DNA of 63,557 bases, counting the filler, from Octopus bimaculoides (Eukaryota): the NCBI RefSeq assembly GCF_001194135.2. It is 7 parts of 7 records of this genome, joined end to end, with 100 filler letters (N's around TTAATTAATTAA, not from the genome) between each part and the next. Parts side by side here need not be neighbours in the genome. Positions count along the whole stretch, not along the records: positions 1 to 15,329 come from NC_068982.1; 6 more parts are not named here. The stretch is one strand, 5' to 3'. Under the pieces are notes generated by a model. That model was not told the origin of the DNA. It saw only the letters and a program-made list of their open reading frames with translations, and did not search any database. Every line of letters starts with the position of its first letter. Positions within the stretch are counted from its first letter, which is position 1. Shown piece after piece: positions 1 to 12,324 of this stretch. Both the position numbers and the translations under genes were made by a program.

Positions 1-14
1 ATATATATATATAT

Positions 15-990
15 AGTAGACCAGTATGGTCAGAGATTTAGGGACATCCTAATTAAGAAATTTGATGAGTGGGAGAAGCAGCTACAAACTTGTGACATAG
101 AGGGCAACTGAGAATTCCTGCGGGATAGCTTGCTGAGTGCCACAGACCAAATCTGTGGCTGGTGCAAAGTCCCTTTCAAACTTAGGATAACGTGGTGGTG
201 GAACAATGCCATTGACAGGGCCATTAGAGCAAAGAAACAGGCCTGGAAAGCGTGGAAGAGTTGGGGCAGCAAGGAATTGTATCAGACAAACAGAAAGGAA
301 CTGAGGAGAGAAGCATGAAAGAAGTTTGCCTATGTTCAGTGCCGTGAAGACCAACAAACTGAAGTATTTCAGATTGCAAGATAGTGTGTGAGAGAAAATT
401 TTGATGTCATAAGAGAGAAATGTGTCTACATGGATGATGGTGCACTTGTTTTTAATGAGGCTGCAAAGAAAGAGGTTTGGAGATGCCATAATGAAAGACT
501 GCTGAAAGTGGAGAATGAATGGGAGGAGGAGAGTCTGCCAAACTGAGGGACCAGCTATCCGAATTGACAGTACCCTAGTCGATAAAGCAATTAAGGATAT
601 GAAGACAAGGAAAGTCCCCGGCCCATCAGGAATCACTATTGAGATACTTAAGATATCTGGCAATGTGGGTTATGGTCTAGTCATCCGTATTGTAAATCAG
701 GTGGTTCGTGAAAGAGTCATACTCAATGACTGGTGTAGCTGCACCATAGTCATCTGCTATAAAGGTAAAGGTGATGCCTTTGATAGAAATAATTACAGAA
801 GTATCAAATTGTTGGATCAGATGATGAAAGTTGCAGAATGACGTAGTTTGGCTTTGTTCCAGGTAGAATCACCACTGATGCTATATTTCAGGTAAGGCAA
901 CTGCAGGAGGAATACCTAGCCAAAGATAAACCTCTGTGCTTGGCTTTTGTTGACATGGGGAAAACTTTTGAGAGAATCCCTTGATCCCTT
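15..990 (+). mobile_element. RTE-clade LINE, decayed ORF fragment (EN-RT linker and RT N-terminal half)
   Basis: Frameshifted peptides WWWNNAIDRAIRAKKQAWKAWK, KAIKDMKTRKVPGPSGITIEILK, YKGKGDAFDRNNYRSIKLL, FGFVPGRITTDAIFQVRQLQE and LAFVDMGKTFERIP are RTE/BovB-type RT motifs; multiple stops and frameshifts. Confidence 0.92.
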
Positions 991-1049
991 ATCTGGTGAT
1001 CAATGCGAAAGGATGAAAGGCAAAGTCTTTCAATATATATATATATATA

Positions 1050-1630
1050 CCGGTGCCATGCAAAAAGCATCCAGTCCACACTGTAAAGTGGTTGACATTT
1101 GGAAGGGCATCCAGCTACAGAAAAATCCAGAACTGACCTCACCTCTGCTGGTGCCACATAAAAAGCACTCTGTCCATTTTGCGGAGCCAGCACCGAAAGT
1201 TAAGCTGTTTTGTATGAATATACATCTTTGTAAACAAAAGAAAAAATAAATATATTTAGGTGCCAGTACCGCCTCACTAGCTTCTGTACCAGTGGCACAT
1301 AAAAGCACTATTCAAGCATGACCGAATGGTGTAAAAAACACCATTCAAACGTGGTCAATGCCAGTTCTGCCTGACTGGTGTAAAAAGCATCATTGGAGCA
1401 TGGTCGATGCCAGTGTCACCTGACTGGCTCCTTTGCTGGTAGCACATAAAAAGCACCCACTATACACTCTCGGAGTGGTTGGCATTAGGAAAGACATCCA
1501 GCTGTTGAAACCTTGCCAAATCAGATTGGAGCCTGGTGTGGCCTCTCAGTTTGCCAGTCCTCCAGTCAAACCGTCCAACCCATGCCAGCATGGAAAGCAA
1601 ATGTTAAACAATGATGATGATGATGATCTG
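1050..1630 (+). mobile_element. SINE or LINE-tail repeat with RTE-like 3' end and (GAT)n tail
   Basis: Internal repeats of gtggcacataaaagcac; 3' block ccactatacactctcggagtggttggcattaggaa...ccgtccaacccatgccagcatgg...aatgatgatgatgat shared with 7870-8270 and 11505-11845. Confidence 0.8.
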
Positions 1631-1761
1631 TAAATCCATAAGCTATGTTTACAGATTTAAAAATATGCAGCTTTCAATTAGTTAGTCAATTAGCGAAAGC
1701 TGACTGAGTTTCTTTGATAACACATTAAATCTGATTGCTTAACCACAACAGATCATCAGAA

Positions 1762-1797
1762 CATCATCATCACCATCACCATCATCATCATCACCAC

Positions 1798-1874
<77 letters not shown>

Positions 1875-1889
1875 CCATCATCATCATCA
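1762..1889. repeat. (CAT)n microsatellite
   Basis: Direct inspection; explains the poly-D and poly-M ORFs. Confidence 0.97.
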
Positions 1890-2336
1890 CCAAAGTTTGT
1901 GATCTCTTCATATCTTCTATTTTGCATATGCAAATACGCATATGTGTGTGTGTATTTCTATGTTGATACTATGGGCATGCTGTGAGTGTATGTGTGCACA
2001 TGCGGGTATGCGTATCTGTGTGTATATTTACCACGAAGTAGTAAACAAACAACTTTAACTAGACCTGTGTTCCCCTTAAGTATACAACCTTCAACTCCTA
2101 TTTCCCCTTTTTTCTTTCCTCTCCTCTTCTTTGCTCACCCAACTCCCACTCCTATGTTTTAACCTCTTCCTTTTCTTTTTTCCTTACCCTTAACCATTTC
2201 ATCTCTTCTAAACCCTTTTCTATATAAATGTTTATGCATGAGTGGACCCAAGTACAGATTTACTGTAGGCACAGTAAAGTGGTCCCAGCTTAATATTTAC
2301 AAAGACCCTTCCCCTAAAGTCAGCATCCATTTACAC

Positions 2337-2634
2337 TAGGGGTTCCCAACCTTATTTTGCTTGTGGACCCCCTGAGAGTTTTCTTATTATCTGTGGACCC
2401 CATATATGCACATATAAATTTTTAAAATAAAATATTTGTTTTTAAGTTAGTAAAAACTAACAATGAAACAATTTCATTGTATTCATAACACAAATTCCAA
2501 ACACAAATCTTGAAAATTTCAGTAAATACAGGTACCTCTCCTCGTAAACAAAATTTATATATGGACCCACAAATTACAAGTTTTTACTCATGGACCCCCT
2601 TAAAGCTTCTGTGGATCTTGGTTGGAAACCCCTG
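2337..2634. mobile_element. Non-autonomous hAT (Charlie-like) MITE
   Basis: Terminal inverted repeats taggggttcccaacc and ggttggaaacccctg; internal repeated tggacccc motif; same architecture as 45477-45785. Confidence 0.7.
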
Positions 2635-2881
2635 ATCCCTCTTCCCTCAGCCTCTCATTTTCTTTATTTTTAACAACTTTAGATAAATTCCCCACTTCCA
2701 AATATTTGACCTCTTCCTTCCCTTCTCTATATGTGCAGTAAACGATAACATAAAAATAAAAATGGAAAGCGAAAGGGTATGTATAAAGAAATGGTAATAG
2801 GGCCACGTGTGTATAGAAGAATATAACATAACAGGTGGACTAGTAGAAAAGAACCATAAAGAGTTATACATATTATACATA

Positions 2882-3308
2882 GGCGTAGGAATGGCTGCAT
2901 GGTAGGTAGCTTGCTTACGAACCAAATGATTCCAGGTTCAGTCCCACTACATGGCACCTTGAACAAGTGTCTTCTACTATAGCCTCGGGCCAACCAAAGC
3001 CTTGTGAGTGGATTTGGTAGACAGAAACTGAAAGAAGCCCGTATATGTATATATGTATATATGTATATGTATATATATGTGTGTGTATTTGTTTGTGTGT
3101 ATTTGTTTGTGTGTCTGTGTTTGTCCCCCAAACATCGCTTGACAGCCAATGCTGGTGTGTTTATGTCCCCGTAACGTAGCGGTTCGGCAAAAGACACCGA
3201 TAGAATAAGTACTAGGCTCACAAAGAGTAAGTCCTGGGGTCGATTTGCTCGACTTAAGGCGGTGCTCCAGCATGGCCACAGTCAAACGACTGAAACAAGT
3301 AAAAGAGT
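2882..3308 (+). mobile_element. tRNA-derived SINE family A (head, internal microsatellite, conserved tail)
   Basis: A/B-box-like head (ggctgcatggtagg...ggttcagtccc), core ccaaagccttgtgagtggatttggtagacagaaactgaaagaagccc, TA/TG microsatellite, tail ending gactgaaacaagtaaaagag; many copies in window. Confidence 0.9.
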
Positions 3309-3699
3309 ATATTAATATTGAAAAACGAAAATATATATGTATATATATTTTACACGAGGCTAAAAGTTGATAGGCTAGACTATATTTGAAAGCAGTTACA
3401 ATATTAAAGTGAAAATGTACATACATGCAGAGAAAAACCAAAGAGAACTATATTTATATACATATACACACACACATGCATTCATACATATTTAAAGGCA
3501 AATTATTGCCAGTCTCTACATGGAATTGTGGCAAGTAATTTTTTCTTCTTTTATAAAACCATATGTTGGTATGTATGTGTTTATGTCTACATTCATGCAT
3601 TCATACACAACTTAGATATTTACATAAAATACAAGTATTGCAAAGTTTTCATAATATATATATATGCACTGAATAGTAGAAATAAGCCCAAGGATCATT

Positions 3700-4130
3700 G
3701 AAAATGTTTTATTGAATTTAATCCTGGGCACAAGACTGGTCATAGATGATTAGGACTTGTACCAAACATTGGCATTGAAAGGTACACAAACAGCAGAATG
3801 AAGCACCACTGCATAGTGCCAAAGACCCCAACATTGCCATCAGGATGCAGGACCAGATACTTCAATAGCTTGTGTTTCAAGGGCCCACAGCTCTTCAATA
3901 TTCTCCCCAAAAACCTGAGAGACAGATGTGGGGTGGATGCAGATGTCTTCAAAACAGAAGTGGATTTCCTCCAACAGCTCCGGATGAACCCACCTCGCAG
4001 CACAGAACACAGATGAGTGCCACATTCCCCAAATGTCACATATTCAAGGAGGTTTCAAGAAGAGAAAGTGTAGCAAAGCTAACAGCAGTGCTCCAGCATA
4101 GGCACAGCTTTTGTGGTGAAACTGATAAAA
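3700..4130 (+). mobile_element. CR1/L2-like LINE 3' end relic
   Basis: Peptide RTRYFNSLCFKGPQLFNILPKNLRD...FKTEVD resembles the post-RT C-terminus of CR1/L2-group LINEs. Confidence 0.7.
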
Positions 4131-4277
4131 GAAAGAGAAAATGTGATGAGCAACAGATAACATATTGAATAATCATTATTAACAACACCCATGAAAATGA
4201 TTTAAAGTTATAAACGACCTACTGATAGCTTAGTTTCATTCATTGTTGTTGCCATACTTTTGTACTATCTCTGTAAA

Positions 4278-4314
<37 letters not shown>

Positions 4315-4681
4315 GGCAGGGTTGACCCAATGGGATTGCAGCATCTCCATAATCAATTAATCAATTCTTTCTGCAGCATTGAGAAGGTAGCATCCTGTGA
4401 GTTCACCCAATTTAATATCATGGCTCCCTATCCCTTACTATCAAAATACCTGCACGCCTCCATAACCTCAGGCCATCCTAAACACTCCAATAGAATTAGC
4501 AACCTTAATATCAAAACCAATATGGATGCTAAAATGTCTCTCTGGTTCCATGCTGATCCTCATTGGTAAAAAGAAGGCGACCCACTGTTTGACATATCCC
4601 TAGAAAGCTGTGATGAGATTAAGGCACTTACCTTGTCGGGTTATTTATCCTGCATACCCTAAAAATCCCACACAAAGGTGT

Positions 4682-5086
4682 AGGCGTGGCTGTGTGGTAA
4701 GAAATTTGCTTCTCAACCACATGGTTCCAGGTTTAGTCCCACTGTGTGCCACCTTGGGCAAGTGTCTTCTACCACAGTTTCATGTCGACCGAAGCATTTT
4801 AAGTGGATTGATAAAAAGAAAATTAAAGAAACCCATTGTATATACTTGTGTGTGTGTGTGTGTGTGTGTCTTTGAGTCTGTGTTTGTGCCCTATCACTGT
4901 TTGACAGCTGGTGTTGGTATGTTTATGTCCTCATAACTTGTTTCAGCAAAAGAGATTAATAAAATAAGTACCAGGCTTAAAATATATAAGTACTGGGGTC
5001 GATTCATTTGACTAAAATTCTTCAAGGTGGTGCCCCAGCATGGCCACAGTCTAATGACTGAAACGAGTAAAAGATAAAAGATAAAC
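4682..5086 (+). mobile_element. SINE family A copy inserted in PLE RT
   Basis: Head ggcgtggctgtgtggtaag...ggtttagtccc, (TG)n centre, tail ending gtaaaagataaaagataaa. Confidence 0.88.
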
Positions 5087-5351
5087 TCCACAGTTCAGTC
5101 CATAGAAGGACGATAATCTCAAGCCATATGAATGACCACCCATGAATAAGTTCAGTATGAATTTTATAAATATCTTAAAAAAACTCAGTTAACCATTTAG
5201 TATTTAAACTGGCCATATCTGACCAAAATATTCTACCTGTTTTATCTTCAGACTGGTCATATCTGGCCTTTCACACCTACCCTACAGAGTCATTTTAAAA
5301 ATAAACAATCACATCGTCAAAATCTCCAAGCTATGAAATAATCTTTTTAAC

Positions 5352-5555
5352 TCTTGGCACAAGGCCCAAAATTATTGGGAATGGGGCCAGTCGATTAGAT
5401 CGACCTCAGTACGCAACTGGTACTTAATTTATTGACCCCGAAAGGATGAATGGCAAAGTCAACCTTGGCGGAATTTGAACTCAGAACGTAAACACAGATG
5501 AAATACCTCAAAACATTTTGCCTGACATGCTAACATTTCTGCCAGCTCGCCACCT
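5352..5555 (-). mobile_element. tRNA-derived SINE family B
   Basis: Reverse complement reads ggcgagctggcagaa...ctgagttcaaattccgccaaggttgactttgccattcatcctttcggggtc; matches 10785-11012. Confidence 0.88.
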
Positions 5556-5589
5556 TTAATATATAAGAAATATATAACATTGGCTTCAA

Positions 5590-5754
5590 ATTTTTTCAGG
5601 GGAGTGGGGTAAGTCAATTACATGGACCCCTGTGTTCAAACTGGTACTATTCAGTTCCGAAAGGATGAAATGTAAAGTCGACCTCAGCGGAATTTGAACT
5701 CAGAATGTAAACACAGACAAAATACTACTAAGCATTTTGCAAAGTGTGCTAACG
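5590..5754 (-). mobile_element. SINE family B, second copy
   Basis: aaaggatgaaatgtaaagtcgacctcagcggaatttgaactcagaatgtaaacacagac, same block as the adjacent copy. Confidence 0.82.
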
Positions 5755-5839
5755 TTTCGAACCTAGGTTCTCATTCCTAAGGTATAATAACATCAAAAAA
5801 TACCTTAGGAATGAAAACCCAGGTTCGAAATTTCTCCAA

Positions 5840-5885
5840 GACACCTGACGAAGGGTGGAGGGTATATCAGCCGAAACGTTGTGTT
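5840..5885 (+). ncRNA. Minimal type I hammerhead ribozyme motif in a PLE terminal repeat
   Basis: Stem I gacac/gtgtt; core CTGACGA (5845-5851); stem II gg(g)tg/cagcc with one mismatch; GAAA (5873-5876); palindromic AACGTT in place of stem III; predicted cleavage GUU after 5880. Confidence 0.75.
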
Positions 5886-6037
5886 AACAACAAACAAGAT
5901 GAGGACAAATATCCGTCAAATGTAAATAATGTACAATGCATGATTAATTTAAAATGACGTGAATACATAAGGCATTATGTTTGAAACAGTAATCTGAATA
6001 CTAAAAGGTTAAACCATAACTGTAGCCGCTAACTTAA

Positions 6038-6281
6038 CCCATTCATGCCAAAATTTTTCTTGTGAATGAAATTGCCTGAAAATTCAGATACTATTATTTT
6101 GACCTAAATAAGAACTGGAAAAAAATCTCTTTGAAATCCTTTTGATACAGACTTCATATGCGTTAAGAACATGTTTCATTCTTTGATACAGATCAAACAC
6201 AAATCACAATTTGTATCAAGTATTTGTTTTATACCCTTATAAATTAAGTGTCACTTTAAACAGACGATCAGTATAAATGGG
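6038..6281. mobile_element. Second piggyBac-like MITE
   Basis: TTAA|cccattcatgcc ... agtataaatggg|TTAA. Confidence 0.68.
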
Positions 6282-6711
6282 TTAACAAATGTGGACTTTC
6301 TAGACTTAATACAACAACTCAAGACAGGCAGGTAATGTTTCCACAGGAAGAAACCCAAAAGTGAAACTAGCTACTGTAACACACCTGTGCTTGTTCCTCT
6401 ATCGTACCTTACTTAACCTCCTACATCTGGCAGAAAGACACCTCCTCCTCTCTCAAATATACTCTCACTCAGTAGAAGGGTTTTTTTTTTTAACTTCCTT
6501 TCCTTTTCATTGTCTTGCAAGTTGCTTGGTGATCTCATTAGTACCAGCATCGTACAAACCACCCAGTACACATTATAAAGTGGTTGGCATTTGGAAGAGC
6601 ATCCAGCTCCTGCCGAAGCTGATGATGGAATCCAATACAGCTTTGCAGCTTGCCAGATCCTGTCAAACTATCCAGCTTATGCCATTGGACATTAGTTGAT
6701 GATAATAACAC

Positions 6712-6752
<41 letters not shown>

Positions 6753-7869
6753 ATGATGACTCCAACCTCCCCCAGCTGCAATTAGAAACCTGGTCACAGA
6801 TATCAGCTAAAGAAAATTTCAAATCTATCGACAAAGATCATTAACATGGCCTCACCACACTCCTCGTTAGGCACTGGCAAGGAGTGGATTTACCAGTAAG
6901 TTAATGTTTATGAAGGATTACCGACCCATCCTCAAACCTGAAAAGAGTGAGAAAGAAAAATATTAATCTGGTTTACTCTTCCAGTTAATATGAAGGTTCC
7001 CATTAATATAGTTAAAAAGGCAGCATTTCCCAGAACCCACTGACATCTTAATAATAAACTCTTAAATTCCCATAACATCAAGGTTAATTACTCATGCTTG
7101 GGTGATCTCACTTCCAGCATTGTATGCAACAACAGATACTAACTCACACTCTGTTCTCCAGCTAAACTCTGTAACTTCAAAATTCCTATCAATGGCTCAT
7201 TGAAAGATCAACCTGCCTCTCAGAGGTTGTGGTCTATAGGGCCACTCCCATACTAGCTTATGCCATCACAAGATGCTATAAAAGTTTAGCAGCCAATGAC
7301 TTTAAACAAAGCTAAACCCCTCACAGGCATGCCTTCAGGTTCAAGGACAAGGAAACTATCTCCTCCCTGTTATTCTTGATCTGGAGACTCTGAGACCATT
7401 CCAACAATTTCCCCAGCATCACATGAGGTATTCTTGACAGGACCCTCGTTATTCACTTTGAGCTCATAGCTGCTAATTCTGCCTCTATGAAAAATTATAA
7501 ATAGAACCTCTGACCACTAATAAACATGTATGCATCACTCTATGTCTTGCTGGTTCACACACAACATCAGTGCTTTCTGTTCATTCTGCTTATGGAGGTC
7601 ACATCCTACTTCTGCCAGTCACATGAAATTATCTATAATCTGATGTTATCAACTCAGTCAACAGCGTGTGATAACTGTTGTTGCTAAAGTACCACACATT
7701 ACAGAAGAATGCTTAATTTACTAATTAATGTCAGCATCTTGCCTACCCTACCATGTTTCATATCCAATGTAAAGAAGTGGTATTGCTGAAAATATAACCC
7801 TGCAGAATACCAACCCAGTACACCAACACCATGTCTGCAATATATGTATCTAATAATACAACTGAGAGC

Positions 7870-8270
7870 AGCTGTCTGGCTTCCGTGCCAGTGGCTCATA
7901 AATAGCACCATTTGAGCGAAATTGTCACCAGTGTTGCCTTCTAGCACTTGTGCTGGTGGCACGTTAGAAAATCATTCGAGCGAGGTCATTGCCAGTGCCG
8001 CTGGATTGGCTCCTGTGCAGGTGGTATGTAAAAAACACCTTTTTGAGTGTGACCGTTGCCAGTACAGTGTAACCTCGTGCCGGTGGCACATAAAAACACC
8101 CTCTACACTCTCGGAGTGGTTGGTGTTAGGAAGGGCATCCAGCTGTAGAAACTCTGCCAAATCAGATTGGAGCCTGGTGCAGCCTTCTAGCTTGCCAGTC
8201 CTCAGTCAAATCGTCCAACCCATGCTAGCATGGAAAGCGGACGATAAACGACGATGATGATGATGTCACT
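7870..8270 (+). mobile_element. RTE-tail SINE/repeat with (GAT)n tail
   Basis: cactctcggagtggttggtgttaggaagggcatccagctgtagaaactctgcc...catgctagcatggaaagcggacgataaacgacgatgatgatg. Confidence 0.85.
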
Positions 8271-8443
8271 GTGATGGTAATAACAGCTGCAGAACCTGAA
8301 CTGACCAATGAAAGGACTAAATACGTAGGATGTATTTTAAATTTCTTTTAAATTCTCTCTACTCTGTATCTGATAATTTTATGTCATCAAAGTGTTTAGC
8401 TGTGCTATTTTATTTCTTTCTCAGTGCTTCTACGTCGTCATCG

Positions 8444-8479
<36 letters not shown>

Positions 8480-8480
<1 letters not shown>

Positions 8481-8790
8481 TTAATGTCTGTCATCTATGC
8501 TGACATGGGTCAGACGGTTTGATAGGAGCCAGCTAGGTAGAAGACTACACCCAGCTACTATGTCTGTTTAGGCATGGTTTTTACAGCTGGATGCCCTTCC
8601 CAGCAGCAACCACCCAGTAGAAGGGACTGAGTGGTTTTTACATGGCACCAACACAGGCAAGGTTAGTTTTGTCATGGTTTTTACAGCTGGATGCACTTCC
8701 ACATGCCTACCACTTCACAACATGGACTGAATGTTTTTTTTTATGTGGCACCAGCACCAGCAGAGTTACCAAGTAACTTACAAGACAAGG
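8480..8790 (-). mobile_element. RTE-tail SINE/repeat, reverse orientation
   Basis: (CAT)n followed by ttaatgtc...acagctggatgcccttccc...aaccac, the reverse complement of the same family. Confidence 0.75.
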
Positions 8791-8818
8791 AATTTTGCAT
8801 ATACATACATATATATAT

Positions 8819-8863
<45 letters not shown>

Positions 8864-9985
8864 TGGATGTCGGTATGCACATACCTGTATGTATATATGC
8901 ATATACTCATTTACTATTTGTTTTTACATGATTGAACACAGCGCCTTCCAACTGTAAGTAGTTTTCGTAAACTCATATCCTCCGACGCTACTCTATCTCT
9001 TTCTCTTTCTTTGTTCCCCCTCTCGTTCTTCCTNNNNNNNNNNNNNNNNNNNNNNNNNNNNNNNNNNNNNNNNNNNNNNNNNNNNNNNNNNNNNNNNNNN
9101 NNNNNNNNNNNNNNNNNNNNNNNNNNNNNNNNNNNNNNNNNNNNNNNNNNNNNNNNNNNNNNNNNNNNNNNNNNNNNNNNNNNNNNNNNNNNNNNNNNNN
9201 NNNNNNNNNNNNNNNNNNNNNNNNNNNNNNNNNNNNNNNNNNNNNNNNNNNNNNNNNNNNNNNNNNNNNNNNNNNNNNNNNNNNNNNNNNNNNNNNNNNN
9301 NNNNNNNNNNNNNNNNNNNNNNNNNNNNNNNNNNNNNNNNNNNNNNNNNNNNNNNNNNNNNNNNNNNNNNNNNNNNNNNNNNNNNNNNNNNNNNNNNNNN
9401 NNNNNNNNNNNNNNNNNNNNNNNNNNNNNNNNNNNNNNNNNNNNNNNNNNNNNNNNNNNNNNNNNNNNNNNNNNNNNNNNNNNNNNNNNNNNNNNNNNNN
9501 NNNNNNNNNNNNNNNNNNNNNNNNNNNNNNNNNNNNNNNNNNNNNNNNNNNNNNNNNNNNNNNNNNNNNNNNNNNNNNNNNNNNNNNNNNNNNNNNNNNN
9601 NNNNNNNNNNNNNNNNNNNNNNNNNNNNNNNNNNNNNNNNNNNNNNNNNNNNNNNNNNNNNNNNNNNNNNNNNNNNNNNNNNNNNNNNNNNNNNNNNNNN
9701 NNNNNNNNNNNNNNNNNNNNNNNNNNNNNNNNNNNNNNNNNNNNNNNNNNNNNNNNNNNNNNNNNNNNNNNNNNNNNNNNNNNNNNNNNNNNNNNNNNNN
9801 NNNNNNNNNNNNNNNNNNNNNNNNNNNNNNNNNNNNNNNNNNNNNNNNNNNNNNNNNNNNNNNNNNNNNNNNNNNNNNNNNNNNNNNNNNNNNNNNNNNN
9901 NNNNNNNNNNNNNNNNNNNNGTCCAGTAACACAATCTGTATTACGTCCTCGCGTTGTTGTTTTTTGTCGTTTTTCTTTTTTGAAC

Positions 9986-10048
<63 letters not shown>

Positions 10049-10052
10049 TATG

Positions 10053-10085
<33 letters not shown>

Positions 10086-10629
10086 TTGTATGTATGCATG
10101 TATGTATGTATGTATGTATGTATGTATGTATCTATCTATCTATCTATCTATCTATGTATGTATGTATGTATGTATAGCTATATATCTGCAAGGTGTGATT
10201 AAAAACGTAGTTTCAGATAATCTATAGAATGAGTGAGAACAGTTGAAATGTTTGCTTCACACTTACCTTTATCTCATAAGAGTCCTCTTTTGGGTGACCC
10301 ACACGTGCACCCCTCTGACTTTTGATTCAAGAATTTTCTTTCGTTATGTGTGTGTGTGTGTGTGTGTGTGTTTGTGTTTGTGTTTTTATTTATCTTGATA
10401 TTACTTTGAAGTTTCTGGCATGTGACCAGAAATTTCAGGCAAGTGGGTAAGTTGATTGCATCGACAGCCCCCCCCCACTGCCAGTGTTCAACTGGTATTT
10501 ATCAAACCCACCCCCAAAAGGAGGAAAAGCAAAGTTGACCTCGGTGGGAATTGAATTCAGAACATAATGACGAACAAAATCTCACTATGTAATTTCTTGA
10601 TATTGCAAAATAGCTCTCAAGAGTGGCTA

Positions 10630-11040
10630 TAGGTGCAGGTGTGGTTGTGTGGTAAGAAACTTGCTTCCCAACCACGTGCTTCTCGGTTCAATCCCACTGC
10701 ATTTCACCTTGGGCCAGTGTCTTCTACTATAGCCTGAAGCTGACCAAAGCCTTGTGAGTGAATTCGGTTAACAGAAACTGAAAAGCGGCGAGCTGGCAGA
10801 AACATTAGCATGCCGGGCGAAATGCTTACCAGTATTTCGTCTGTCTACGTTCTGAGTTCAAATTCCGCCGAGGTCAACCTTGCCTTTTATCCTTTCGGGG
10901 TCGATAAATTAAGTACCAGTTACGCACTGGGGTCGATGTAATAGACTTAATCCCTTTGTCTGTGCTTGTTTGTCCCCTCTGTGTGTAGCCCCTTGTGGGC
11001 AGTAAAGAAATAAGAAACTGAAAGAAGCCCGTCATATATG
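10630..11040 (+). mobile_element. SINE family A copy interrupted by a family B SINE
   Basis: Family A head 10630-10783 resumes at about 11013 with gaaactgaaagaagcccgtc. Confidence 0.85.
10785..11012 (+). mobile_element. Near-complete SINE family B with 11-bp target-site duplication
   Basis: A box ggcgagctggcagaa, B box gagttcaaattcc; agaaactgaaa duplicated at 10773-10783 and 11013-11023. Confidence 0.88.
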
Positions 11041-11344
11041 TAGATATATGTATATTATTATTATTATTATTATTAAATTATCATTAATAATAATTATTAC
11101 CCATGAGGCTTTTANNNNNNNNNNNNNNNNNNNNNNNNNNNNNNNNNNNNNNNNNNNNNNNNNNNNNNNNNNNNNNNNNNNNNNNNNNNNNNNNNNNNNN
11201 NNNNNNNNNNNNNNNNNNNNNNNNNNNNNNNNNNNNNNNNNNNNNNNNNNNNNNNNNNNNNNNNNNNNNNNNNNNNNNNNNNNNNNNNNNNNNNNNNNNN
11301 NNNNNNNNNNNNTATATATATATATATATATATATATATGCATA

Positions 11345-11845
11345 GGCGCAGGAGTAGCTGTGTGATAAGAAGCTTGATTTCCAACCACATGGTTTCGGGT
11401 TCAGTTCCACTGCATGGCATCTTGGGCAAGTGTCTTCTACTACAGCCTTGAGCTAACCGAAGCCCTGTGAGTGGATTTGGTAGACGAAAACTGAAAGAAG
11501 CTCATTGTGTGATCGTTGCCAGGTCTTCTGGCTAGCTCCCGTGCTGGTGGCACGTAAAAAACACCATTCAAGTGTGGTCAATGCCAGCGTCGCCTTACTG
11601 GCACATGAAAAACAACATTTGAGCGTGTCATTGGCAGTGCCGCCGGACTGGTTCCCATGCAGGTGGAACATAAAAGCACCCACTACACTCTCGGAGTGGT
11701 TGGCATTAGGAAGGGCATCCAACTGTAGAAACTTTGTCAGATCAGATTGGAGTCTGGTGCAGCCTTCTGGCTCACCAGTCCTCAGTCAAACTGTCCAACC
11801 CATGCCAGCATAGGAAGTGGACGTTAAACGATGATGATGTTGATA
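11345..11845 (+). mobile_element. Family A head joined to RTE-like tail
   Basis: ggcgcaggagtagctgtgtgataag head up to gaaaactgaaagaagc, then RTE-tail block ending gttaaacgatgatgatg. Confidence 0.82.
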
Positions 11846-12324
11846 TAGATATTTTGTAAAATATAATGTGTCATGAATGGCACAACAATGCACTATAATA
11901 ACAACAATGGACTATAAATAACTGTTATAATTTAATTATCCATAGTCTGATATAATAATAATATTTTGGAATATAAAAGTTCCTTCTTCAGATATCGGCA
12001 ATTTTTCGATAGCTAAGACCAGCCTCACATTGCCCAACAATACGACCTCTTTGAAAATCTGACAGTTCTGCTGAATTTTTTGTGCGTAGCATGGTTACTC
12101 TTCACACATGTTTAATATAATGGCACCTGGAATGAATAAGAATAATTACATTGTAAATTCTACACTGCTGAAAACATTAAAACGCTTAGATCAGAAATTT
12201 TGAAAATTAAAGGTGTCTATTTACTTCCTACATGTCTGTGTATATGATGCTTTTTATGTGTGATGAATAAACGCATTCACACACCCACACACCTATATAT
12301 ACATATATATATATATATATATTA

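Larger units (their letters stand above)
5193..6008. mobile_element. piggyBac-like non-autonomous element (TTAA-flanked) containing nested SINEs and a PLE repeat
   Basis: TTAA|ccatttagtatttaaa ... tctgaatactaaaagg|TTAA: inverted termini with TTAA on both sides (5189-5192, 6009-6012). Confidence 0.7.
4340..7660 (+). mobile_element. Penelope-like element relic (RT followed by GIY-YIG), split by nested insertions
   Basis: Pieces in correct order: FTQFNIMAPYPLLS...KMSLWF...KEGDPLFDISLESCDE...YLVGLFILHTL (4340-4680); *KDDNL at the YRDD position (~5105); PPAAIRNLVTDIS...ALARSGF and RKILIWFTLPVNMKV...NIKVNYSCL (6770-7140); VVYRAT...RCYKSLAANDFKQ...HRHAFRFKDKE (7220-7360). Confidence 0.75.

Noticed and set aside
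8914-10227. Long ORFs of more than 300 aa here and at 41498-42504, 55193-56376 and 56589-57779
   Set aside because: They are open only because they run through N gaps and dinucleotide repeats.
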